Below are positions 8,516 to 18,600 of a stretch of DNA of 64,000 bases, one piece after another. The stretch comes from Gemmatimonadota bacterium (GTDB lineage Bacteria > Gemmatimonadota > Gemmatimonadetes > Palauibacterales > KS3-K002), in contig JBDHJS010000003.1 of the NCBI GenBank assembly GCA_039586795.1, positions 32,001 through 96,000 of the forward strand. The letters are read 5' to 3'. The notes under the pieces were generated by a model, which worked only from the letters and a program-made list of their open reading frames with translations, searched no databases and was not told the DNA's origin. The position numbers were made by a program, and so were the translations under genes. Each line of letters opens with the position of its first letter. Position 1 is the stretch's first letter.

Positions 8516-11107
8516 TCAGTGGTTGACCTGAGTCGTATCGCGCCGCTGTTGGAGGAGGCGATTGAGGAGATCGCCCCCCTGACCCTGGAGGAGTCGACCC
8601 ACCTGAGCTTGAAGCGCCTGCTGATCGACGAGCAGCGCCGGACTGGACATGGTACCGCCGATGGCGACGCTGACATCCAGCGCCTCGTCCGTTCCGGCAA
8701 GCTGACCCAGGAGAGCGGCGAACGGGGTGCCCTGCCCGAGACCGGCCGCGTGCAATGTCGCGATCGGCACCTCGAGCTCGAGCGCTAAGTCGAGGGAGCC
8801 GCCCAGACCCGCCGCGCCGACGATGGTCCCGGTGTAGTCACCCGAGATGACCTCCCAGTCCTGCACCAGGAAGTTGCCGTCCCTGATCTCGAACCGGCCA
8901 CCGAAGTCGCGGAAGTCGGCGAGCTGGCTGGTGTCGATCCTCAGCTGACGCGCCAGGGCGTCGGTGAGGGCGAACTGTTCGAATCGGCCCTGTCGAAACG
9001 CGATGTCGCCAACGGCGCGAACCCCATCGGGTGACGGAAGCATGGTGCCGTCGATGATCACGCGCCCGTTCATCTCGAGGTCGAGGCGTCCGCTGATCGG
9101 TGCGCCGAGCCGCGTCCACCTGCGGAGAACGCCCGCCGCGTTGGCGTCCTGGAGACCGAGGTCGTAGGTGAGGGGGAAAGGCGGAGCCCCGTCGCTGAAA
9201 TCGAGACCCAGTCTACCGGAGAGCGTTCCGCCGTATGCTCGTCCCCGCAGGTCGGAAAGAGACAGCACGCCATTCTGGACTTGGAGCTGGAACGCCAGGT
9301 CGTTCACCCGGTTAGGTGGGTTGATGAACGCGGCGATGCGAACATCGCCCCGGGAGTTGATCGGCGGAATTGGCGGAAGCAGCATCGTCGTGCCCGCTAC
9401 CTCTACCGGGTCGCGCCCATCGATCTGGCCGCCGGAGAGTCGCGCCGAGACCAGATCGCCGTAGCCGACGGCTTCGCTTTCGACCGACAGCTCGCTCATG
9501 TCCAGCTTGCTTGATGTCAGCGTGAACTCCACGGTGGGTAGCGAGCCGATTTCGCCGCCGCTGAGCAAGTAGGGCAACGATCCGGGCGCATCGAATGCGA
9601 GAGTGAGGTCGCTGGTTCCGAACTGGACAGGTACTGCCTCGGTAACGATGCCGTTTCCGGTCAGCTGGATCGTCGCTGAGCTCACGACCGCAGGTACGGC
9701 GAGGGATTCGCTTCGATAGACGACATCACGCAGCTCGATCGGTCCCGTGACTCGAACGGCGCCCAACTGCTTCGTTGGACCCTGGAATGTGAGATCGACG
9801 GCCGCCTCACCAACCAGAGGTACCTCGAACTCGAGGAGCGCGGCGAGCTGGGCCAGGTCGAGCACCCCCGTTACCTGACCTTCGGCCTGCACATCATCGA
9901 AATCACGGAGCGCCAACCGCAGGCGAAATGGGCGGCCCATGGACTGCCCTTCGAAGTCGGAAAGGGTAAGGGCACCCGGATCGAATGTCAGTTCGCCGGA
10001 GCCGCCGGTGACAACCTGGCCGTACTCACCATACGTCACATCGATCTCGCGCAGCGACATCATGCCGTTGACCTGAGCGCCCGCTGAAGCGGCTACGCTC
10101 GACAACGAGAGCGACAGCTGAGCGATTCCTGACGCATCGATGTCCCCGAGCCGCGCCCGAAGCGAATCAGGCAGACTGGAGATCAGATTTGCGACATCGA
10201 CATCCTCGGCGAACAGGTCGAGCTCGAGTTCTCTCTCGTCGAATGGATGGTAGACCGCTCCCGCTCCTTTGAGCGGCAGATCGCCCACGGTCAGACGCAG
10301 ATCGCGAACGGTCACGCTGTCGCCCGGCAGATCAGCGAACACCTCGTAATCGACCTTTGTGTCCGCCAGCCTGACGCTGTCCTGACCGAGCTCCGGTGAA
10401 CGCAACGCGATCGAGCTGAGATCGATCGTGCCGCGGCTTTCCATCGTGTTGTCGCCGACCGTGGCACGGTCGATAGACGCGCGAGCCTGGAGAGCCATGC
10501 TCGCGCTTCGACCACTGCTATGATCGGAGTAGTGCAACGCCCCATCATCGATTCGCAGATCGGACACGAAGAACGCGGAAGTGAGCCCGGACTCCTGGAG
10601 AAGGAACAGGCCAGCCACGGCGAAGCTGGTCAGCGATGCGGGAATCGCCCTGGCTTCGAGCGGGTCCGCCGGTCCGAGCCCCTGGAAGTTGCTGCTGCCA
10701 TCTTCGAGTACGACGTAGCGGATGATCGGCCGCACCATTCGAACCTGTCCGAACTCGAATTCCCTGCGGAGGAGTGGCCAGAAACGGAGGTCGAGCTCGA
10801 GCGCGTCGAGCTCTATCATCGGCTCACTCTCGAACCCGGGCGGGTTGGCGATGGACAGCTGGTCGAGGCGAACCGCGATCCGCGGTAAGATCTGCAGCCT
10901 GACGGAAGCCAGCTCAACGTCGCGCCCCACACGCCTCTCGATCTGCGGCACGACCAGCGCCCGCAGCTTCTCGGGCGGAAACGCGAGCTTGAGGAATACG
11001 GCGCCGCCAACGATCAGGATTACCAACGCGCCGGCGGAAACAAGCAGCCAGCGCGGGAGGGCAAACCCGCGCACTCCGTGGAACGATCTGTATTCGTCTG
11101 AGCTCAT
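8516..11107 (-). CDS. AsmA-family protein (repeating beta-groove lipid-transfer-like)
   Basis: N-terminal TM anchor followed by the AsmA N motif (GRDVEL..V.L.ILP.IAV.L..L.IANPPGF); beta-rich repeats; C-terminal IGGTMSSP. Confidence 0.85.
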   Translation of the reverse strand: MSSDEYRSFHGVRGFALPRWLLVSAGALVILIVGGAVFLKLAFPPEKLRALVVPQIERRVGRDVELASVRLQILPRIAVRLDQLSIANPPGFESEPMIELDALELDLRFWPLLRREFEFGQVRMVRPIIRYVVLEDGSSNFQGLGPADPLEARAIPASLTSFAVAGLFLLQESGLTSAFFVSDLRIDDGALHYSDHSSGRSASMALQARASIDRATVGDNTMESRGTIDLSSIALRSPELGQDSVRLADTKVDYEVFADLPGDSVTVRDLRLTVGDLPLKGAGAVYHPFDERELELDLFAEDVDVANLISSLPDSLRARLGDIDASGIAQLSLSLSSVAASAGAQVNGMMSLREIDVTYGEYGQVVTGGSGELTFDPGALTLSDFEGQSMGRPFRLRLALRDFDDVQAEGQVTGVLDLAQLAALLEFEVPLVGEAAVDLTFQGPTKQLGAVRVTGPIELRDVVYRSESLAVPAVVSSATIQLTGNGIVTEAVPVQFGTSDLTLAFDAPGSLPYLLSGGEIGSLPTVEFTLTSSKLDMSELSVESEAVGYGDLVSARLSGGQIDGRDPVEVAGTTMLLPPIPPINSRGDVRIAAFINPPNRVNDLAFQLQVQNGVLSLSDLRGRAYGGTLSGRLGLDFSDGAPPFPLTYDLGLQDANAAGVLRRWTRLGAPISGRLDLEMNGRVIIDGTMLPSPDGVRAVGDIAFRQGRFEQFALTDALARQLRIDTSQLADFRDFGGRFEIRDGNFLVQDWEVISGDYTGTIVGAAGLGGSLDLALELEVPIATLHAAGLGQGTPFAALLGQLAGTDEALDVSVAIGGTMSSPALLVDQQALQAQVGRLLQGQGGDLLNRLLQQRRDTTQVNH

Positions 11108-11116
11108 GGTCGTTAC

Positions 11117-11848
11117 TTACCCGCGATTCGCTTCTTGGTTTCCGTAGCCCTCGGCGTCCAGCGCCCGTTTCTTGGCTTGCGCAAGAACGGCATCGAACAT
11201 CGCAGGAGTCAACTTGCCGGTGAACGTGTTCTGTTGGCTGGGATGAAACGCCGCGATCAACCTCAAGCCGCTCTCCAGTTCGATATCAACGCCGTGGCCA
11301 AACTTCGGAGCGGGCGACGGCGTCGCTACACCTCGGCCACGCAACACACGCAGCACCTGATCAAACGCGTACTTGCCAAGAGCGAGCAAGACACGCGCTT
11401 GGGGCAACATGATATCGAACTCGTTCTCCAGATACTCACGGCAGTTGTCTCTCTCTTCTGTCGTCGGTTTGTTCGCCGGCGGTGCGCAGCGCACAGCCGC
11501 CGTGATGTAGGCGCCCTCGAGTATCAGGCCGTCGTCGCGGCTGGTCGATTCTGGTTGACTGGCTAGACCGGCTCTATGGAGTGCGGCGTAAAGGAAGTCG
11601 CCGGAACGGTCGCCGGTGAACATGCGACCGGTGCGGTTAGCGCCGTGAGCGGCAGGAGCGAGTCCTATAATAAAGAGCCATGCCTCCGGGTCCCCAAAGC
11701 CCGGCACTGGTTTGCCCCAGTACTCCCAGTCACGGAAGGCAGCTCGCTTCTCTATAGCGATCTGTTGGCGCCATTCGACGAGTCGGGGGCATCGCTTGCA
11801 GCGGGTGACTCGTCTCTGGAGTTTCTCGAGCTTGTCGTTTCGGGCCAT
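11117..11848 (-). CDS. udgB: Uracil-DNA glycosylase family 5 (UdgB-like, 4Fe-4S)
   Basis: CxxCPRL, GLAPAAHGANRTGRMFTGD, RCAPPANKP, HPSQQNT. The start is placed at ATG 11848; upstream starts are possible. Confidence 0.92.
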   Translation of the reverse strand: MARNDKLEKLQRRVTRCKRCPRLVEWRQQIAIEKRAAFRDWEYWGKPVPGFGDPEAWLFIIGLAPAAHGANRTGRMFTGDRSGDFLYAALHRAGLASQPESTSRDDGLILEGAYITAAVRCAPPANKPTTEERDNCREYLENEFDIMLPQARVLLALGKYAFDQVLRVLRGRGVATPSPAPKFGHGVDIELESGLRLIAAFHPSQQNTFTGKLTPAMFDAVLAQAKKRALDAEGYGNQEANRG

Positions 11849-11966
11849 GGACGCTTCGTGAGAGAGTTGTCGGATCATCGGTTCGCCTGGTACTGACGTA
11901 CTGGCGGACGTTCTCCGTGTCAACGAGCCTTGCGCGATCGGCTCCATCGTGTGCTATTTCTGCGCC

Positions 11967-12449
11967 ATGATGCTCCTATCAAAGCCGCTAAAGATATCGC
12001 TGACGATATCAGCCGCCATGCTGGCAGTAATCGTGATCGTCGACCTGATCACGCCGGTACCACCGCGCGAACGGCTCCGCGCGATGCGGAACGAACTGGT
12101 GGAGCTGAGGGCGTCGGCCGACTCCTGCCGTACGGCGCTGGACAGGGAGGAAACCCTCCTGCAGGCGAGCGACGCGCGGTTCGATTCGCTACGCAACCTC
12201 ATAGCGCGTTACGAGGGGATCGACCCACGGGGCGTACCCGCCGACAGCTACGACCTCTATCTAGAGGCGTTCAACTCGTATAACGAAGGGATCCCGGCAC
12301 GCGAGGCAGCGGGCGAGACGCTGCAAGCCCACTGGGCCAACTGCACGGTGATCATCGAGCAGCACAACCTGCTGGCCGACTCTGCCCGTCAGCTGGCCGA
12401 GGAGAGCGGCCTGGTTACCGACTCGACCCGCCGGGTACCGGTGCCCTGA
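11967..12449 (+). CDS. Hypothetical membrane-anchored coiled-coil protein
   Basis: One N-terminal TM, a helical coiled-coil and two Cys residues. Confidence 0.7.
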   Translation: MMLLSKPLKISLTISAAMLAVIVIVDLITPVPPRERLRAMRNELVELRASADSCRTALDREETLLQASDARFDSLRNLIARYEGIDPRGVPADSYDLYLEAFNSYNEGIPAREAAGETLQAHWANCTVIIEQHNLLADSARQLAEESGLVTDSTRRVPVP

Positions 12450-12629
12450 CCTCCGCCCACAACCCGGCGACCCTAGCCGGGTGGCGACTCACTCCGCAGA
12501 TTGCAGTATGAGGCGCGTGCGTAGCGCCCTCACACATCAGCCGTAATCACCTAGCCTCAACCGGCCCAGCCCGCTCTGCAGTCGCTCGGCGGGCACGAAG
12601 TGCCTCTGACGAACACGAGTCAAGAAGAC

Positions 12630-15600
12630 ATGAGCGCGAAACTGTGGGATGTGATCATCGTTGGCGGCGGCCCAGCCGGAATCACCGCCGCGCTCAGGCT
12701 AGCCCGAGAGGACCTGGATATCCTGGTCGTCGAAGCCGCGGTCTACCCCGGAGCCGAGAACTGGTCTGGAGCGGTGTATTTCGCCGAAAACCTGGCCGAC
12801 CCTAAGGTCCTCGGAGTGGATGGGCTGGAAGCGGCCCCGTACGAAGGGCGCGTGGTCAAGCGCGGGTTTTTCTCGTGCAACGGTCTGTCGATGGCCGGGC
12901 TGGAGTATGAAAACCCGGAGACATTCAAGCACTGCTATACCGTGCTGCGGCCGGTCTACGATCGCTACCTGGCCGAGGTGGCACGTCGGGAAGGCGTCAC
13001 GTTTTTGACCGAGACGACCGTCGACGGCCTGATCCGACGGAACGACCGCGTTGTTGGCGTGCATACGGATCGCGGTCCGGTCTACGGCCAGATCGTCTTT
13101 TTGGCTGAGGGAGATGCGTCACACCTGGTGAGCAAGGAAGGCTTCGAGGGTGACGCGGTCCGCGCGAAGAAGAACGGCCAACCGGCGTTCTTGCAGGGTG
13201 TGAAGGAAGTCATCCAGCTAGAGCCGGAAGTCATCGAGGATCGGTTCGGAGTAGGGCCCGGCGAAGCGTGCTGCTACGAGATCTTGCTGAGGAACGGTGT
13301 CGTCGACGGAAAGCCAGTCCGCCTGAACATGGCGGGTCTCCTGTACACGAATCGAAACAGCGTGTCGATCGGGCTCGTGATGCCTCTGGACAACCTCGCC
13401 GAGTATCGCGGGGACTACAACGCATTGATGGAGTGGTATAAGAGCCTTCCACCGATCGCGCGCCTCATCGAAGGCGGCGAGGCCACCTCGTTCGGGGCGA
13501 AGATCATCCGCAGTGGCGGCCTGGCCGAGATGCCGCGGCTGGTCGCCGATGGCGTCGTGGTGGGCGGAGCGGCAACGGGGATCGGCGTTGACTTTCCGTA
13601 TCCGAACTTCACGGGCCCGGCCACGGCGATGGGCCGGATCTTCGCCGATGCCGTATTGAAGCTCCAGTCAGAGGGTGCGGAGCCACGGAGCGGGCAGTTG
13701 GAAGAACTGTACGTCCAGCCCTTGAAGGAAACGAGCTACTACAAGGATGTCGACTACCTCCGCGATTGGCCCGGCTTCATCGAGCACACCGATGCGCTAT
13801 TCAGCCGCCAGATCGACCTGCTGAACGGTTCGTCCTACGCAATGACTCGACCGACCCTCCGCTTTCCACACAGCTGGTGGGAGACGGTGCGGGTGGTGAG
13901 CGAGACGATGAAGGGCCGCTGGTCGAAGACACTGAAGGACCTTGCGGGTGGGTCGAAGGCGCTGCGCATGGGCCGATTGATCGCCAAGCACATGCCGGCG
14001 GCCCTGCTGCTGTCGGTCCCCAACACGCTCCTGGCGTTGATGCCGTTCGCTTATGGCAAGGGGCCAGGCAAGATCAGCCTGAGTTTCTGGGTGGACGGCG
14101 AGGAGTCGAGAACCCTCCCCTGGTACAAGCGCTGGTCGTACGCCCGGTATCGGTCGGCCCTGATGAAGGCAACAGCGATCGTCTACGCGAACGACGGTGT
14201 CCCGATCCGGACGAAGCTGGATCGCGCGATTGGCACTCTGCTGCGGCGCTTCTCGCTATGGGAAATCGTGCTCGGCGTACTCGGGGTCGCCGTATTCTGG
14301 CTAACGCGCGGCCTACAGAAGCTTAGCGACGCGATACGCTATTCCCGTAAGAAGCCGACGATCGAAGAACTCACGGCGACCTTCTACGGCAGCTGGCTGA
14401 CGCGCTGGCGCGCGATGACCGACCTGGCGCGGGCGGCGTCGACGGGCCAGACGCATGATGCGAAGCTCGGCGAGATCAGCTATGGCGGCGATGTGGGCTC
14501 GCACATCAAGGTGTTCTTCCCACCGGACAAGCCCGGTACGCTCGAAGATCCAAGCCGGTCGGCGCTCTGGAGCGTGTGCCCGGCGTCCGTCTACCAGATC
14601 AACGTCGATCGCACAATGCACGCGTCGGTTGCCGTGAACTTCGAGAACTGCGTGAAGTGCGAGACGTGCTGGCGAATCGAACCACAGCACGTGGACTGGT
14701 CACGGTTCGGAAAGCATCGTCTGACCTATGAAGTGTACACGGACGCCGACGCCTCGCTGCGGCAGCTTTTATCCGAACGTGAATTGCGTGACACGCCTGA
14801 GATAGAGCCGAGCTTTTGGAGCGCCACGCTCACGGAAGCGTGGCCCGTCGGTCACGTCGAGGCGTCCGACGCGCTACGGAGCGACATCACGAACGCGCGA
14901 CGCGCCATCGACCGGGCTGCCGCGAAGTGCAGCGAACTGAGCGATAACATCTGGCTCGGCCCGAGGGTACTGGAGCCTGGCCAGGTCAGCTGGTACATCT
15001 CGGCTCTCGAGTACTTCGCGGTACTCGCCGATGAGGCTGCCAGCGTCGCCCTATCCGAACCGATCGAAGACTGGCTGATCGAGCACGAGTTGGCAGGCGC
15101 TCATCTGGAGCTTCTGCAAGCGAAGCGGGACCTGGATCTCGTCACGCGAGGGATCCGGGAGCATGCGGGCTCCCAGAAGTTCTTCGCCGGCGAGGCCGAC
15201 GCACGACAGGCCGCCGGTCATCATCTAGCGGGCATGCGAGAGATCATCGATCGCATCGCGCTGGCCTGCCGCATCCCCGACGACTACGTCGATCCCGTGG
15301 CGGAGCTACGGAATCAGGAGCAGGAATCACCGGCGCGCGCCGCGGCCCGTGAGGAACTGCGGGAGCATCTCGCGGCCATCTTCGATCGCGGCGCGATCCG
15401 GCGGTTGGAAGATGGTGGGTCACCGGAAGGAGCAGAGATCGAGGCTCTGCGCGAGTCGACGCGGGCGGCTTTGGGGGATGAAACGCAGGGCGCATTCGAC
15501 AGCTGGGCACCGCTCACGAGGAGCGACATCCTCGGCGAGCTATCCCGCATCGACCCATCGCTCGCCATCCTCGTGGCCGGTCACCTTGAGGGACTCGCGG

Positions 15601-18600
15601 CTCTCGAGGGTGCAGGAGCTACGGCGAAGGTTATCGGACCGCTCAAGAAGGTCGAGGTGTTCGTCACCCTGGCCACGGAAGTGGCCGGGCAACCCGGCGA
15701 CGGCAAATGGAACGGAGCCTTGCCGTTCGCGCTGACGGCGTTGGCGGATCGGTTCGTTTCCCGAGGCGAAGGGCAGGTCGCCGTATTCGGGCTGAAAAGC
15801 AAAGGTGTAAAGGCCAGCATCACGCCGGCGATTGGGCTCACCGGCGCGGCGGCATCGGAGATCTTGCTCAAAGACGCCAAGCCGATGTGGTCGGGCGACT
15901 GGACGGAGGCTGACGAGACTGAACTGTTCGCAGCGCGCGTTCGCGATGCTGCGGCCATAGCTCTCGGCTCGGCGACGATACTCACCGAACGGGCAATCGA
16001 TCACGCGCGCAGTCGCATTCAATTCCCGGACATGTTCCAGGATCTGGATGGCCGCGACGGCGTTGGCAAGTTCGGCGCCGTGCGTGCGCACCTGAGCCAC
16101 ATCGAGGCTTCACGGCTGGCCATCGAAACGATACTCAACGACTGCGATTGGACCGCGGACTCGGATCTCGAGGCGATGGTTGGAAAGGTCGCGGTCACGG
16201 ATCTCTTCGGCCCCGACATGCCGAGCATCACCTATCGGGCGGGTCAGGTGATCGGCGGCTCCGCGTTCTCGGAGGAGGACATCTTCTCGAAGGCCTACCG
16301 CGACAGCTCGGTGTTCACTCACTACATCCGAGAGAACGCGGAGCTGAACGTGGAGATCGGTTCGAGGATATCCGCGGGCGACGGTTCGCTGCTGGCGACG
16401 ATCGCGCCTGACCTATCGGCGGCGCTGGACGTCGTGGCACGACGACCGATCTTCGACTTCGAGGTGAATCGCCTACGCGAGGCGGAGATGCAGTTGGCGG
16501 AGAACATGCGCGGCGTGCTCTCTCAAGGACAGGAACCAGCCGTCGCCGAGGTCGTGCACGACATCGCCGGCGAGCTGGTGACGCGACTGTATGTGTGGGC
16601 GCGCCTCATGGTGCGGGCCTACCGACGCCTGGAGGGCGCGCTCCCCGCCCAGCGTTACCTAGAGGCCGTCCAGCTATGGGCGGACATCATAGAAGAGCGT
16701 CTGCTGGGCCTCGAGGATGAGCTCGCGCAATCCGCCGCTCGAATCGAACTGGGCACCGACGCGCTTCAGTTGGACGCCTACCCCGACGAGCCGATCGCGA
16801 CCAGCGGACTCGACTTCGACCTGGACAAAGACGTCATCAAAGGTGAGGTGAACTACCGCTCCGGCGATTTCCTCTTGAAGCCGTTCCGCATCGATGAGAC
16901 CCGATACACGCCCGAGCTACAGTGGGTAGACGATGTCACCAGAAACCACTACGACGAGTATCTGAAGGAGATCCGGGAGCGCTTCCAGACCGGCAGGTAC
17001 AAGCCTTCCTTCGAACGGGAAACGGAGCGGCTTCACTGTATTCCTCGTGAGGATATCGACTGGACAGTGGACCGTGGCTACTTCCGCGTGGTGATCCCGG
17101 AGGAGTACGGCGGACAGGGTCGATCCAAAGCCGACTACTACAACCTGTGTCAGATCGCGAAGCGGCACGGCGACGTAAGTCTTACGCTCACAATCCAAGC
17201 CAACACTAGTATCGGGACCACACCAATGCTGCTGGGTCTGGATGAAGTGATAGCTGCCGAACGCGATCTCGCGGGCGCGGTCGCGAGGGCAGCCGATGTC
17301 GAGGCCGCGAAGTCAGAGATCGAAAAGCTGATCGAGATGATGTCGATGCCAGATGTCGATGCGCTGGCGAAGAAGTACATGGAGATTGACAAGAGCGTCC
17401 GCAGCTCGATCGGCAAGAGCAGGATTCTGAAAAAGGTGGTATTCGGAAAGTTCCAGTCGGCCTGGGGCAAAGCTGGGGCGGCCGGAATGAAGAAGGATCT
17501 TGTCGGTTTTCGGAAGGGCCTCGAGAAGGCGGTGGTCGCGCTGGGTGGTTGGCAGGAGCGAGTCGCAGCCGAACTCGATGAGATGCCGCGGCGTCGTATG
17601 GCCCACGAATTCTTCCTGCGGCTGATCTCGTCCCGGATCACGTCGGCCTTCTCCCTCACCGAGCCGAGCGCCGGATCAGATACGGCTCGGGTCCGTACGG
17701 AGGCGCGCCTCGACTCGCGGAGCGTGCTGACGGATGACGACGGCGTGAAACACTTCTATCTGGACGAGGATGATCCGGAAAGCCGTCGCAACCTGGCGGA
17801 CATGCGACGATTCGAGTTTGACGGGCGCCGGATACTGTATCGGTACAGCGACGACGCCGATCCTGCTGAAGTCCACTCTCAGGAATACACGTACTCGGAG
17901 GACGAGGAGAAGTATCGCTACTTCATGATCGGCGACCGACGGGTCGACATCCACGACATGGCGATCGTGCGTGAGCGTGATGGTGAAGAGGTCTACGAGT
18001 TCTTCGTGCTGAACGGCGCCAAGATGTGGATCACCAACGGCCACATCGCCGGCGTCAACGCCATCTACGCCCGGACTCCAATGGGGCTCACCGGGTTCAT
18101 GGTCGATGCGCTGACGGATGGGTTCCTAGTCGGCAAGGACGAGGAGAAGACGGGACAGCGTGGTTCACCGACGAACGAGATCGGACTCACCAACGTACGC
18201 ATCCCGCGCGAGTGCATGATCGGCATCGAGGGCCGGGGTCAGGAAAACGCGCTGGAGACGCTCAACGTCGGTCGGACGGGGCTGTGTATCTCATCGACGG
18301 CCGGCATCGACCAGGCGATCGGCGACGCGACGGCCTACCTGGAAGAGACCGGGCGGAATTCGTCAGCCGGAGTGCGCTACCGGTTGGGTCTGACGATGGA
18401 GGAGATGTATGCCGTCGAATCGATCGCCTACAACCTGGTCGGGATCTACGACGACAAGACCAGCGACATGCCGCGCGTGGAGTCATCGATTGCCAAGCTC
18501 TTCGGGACGGAAGGACTCCACCGAATGCTCCACTTCCTGGAGCCGGTGTATGGCATCGATGGTCAGACACAGCGTTACCGCATCGAGAAGGACCGACGCG

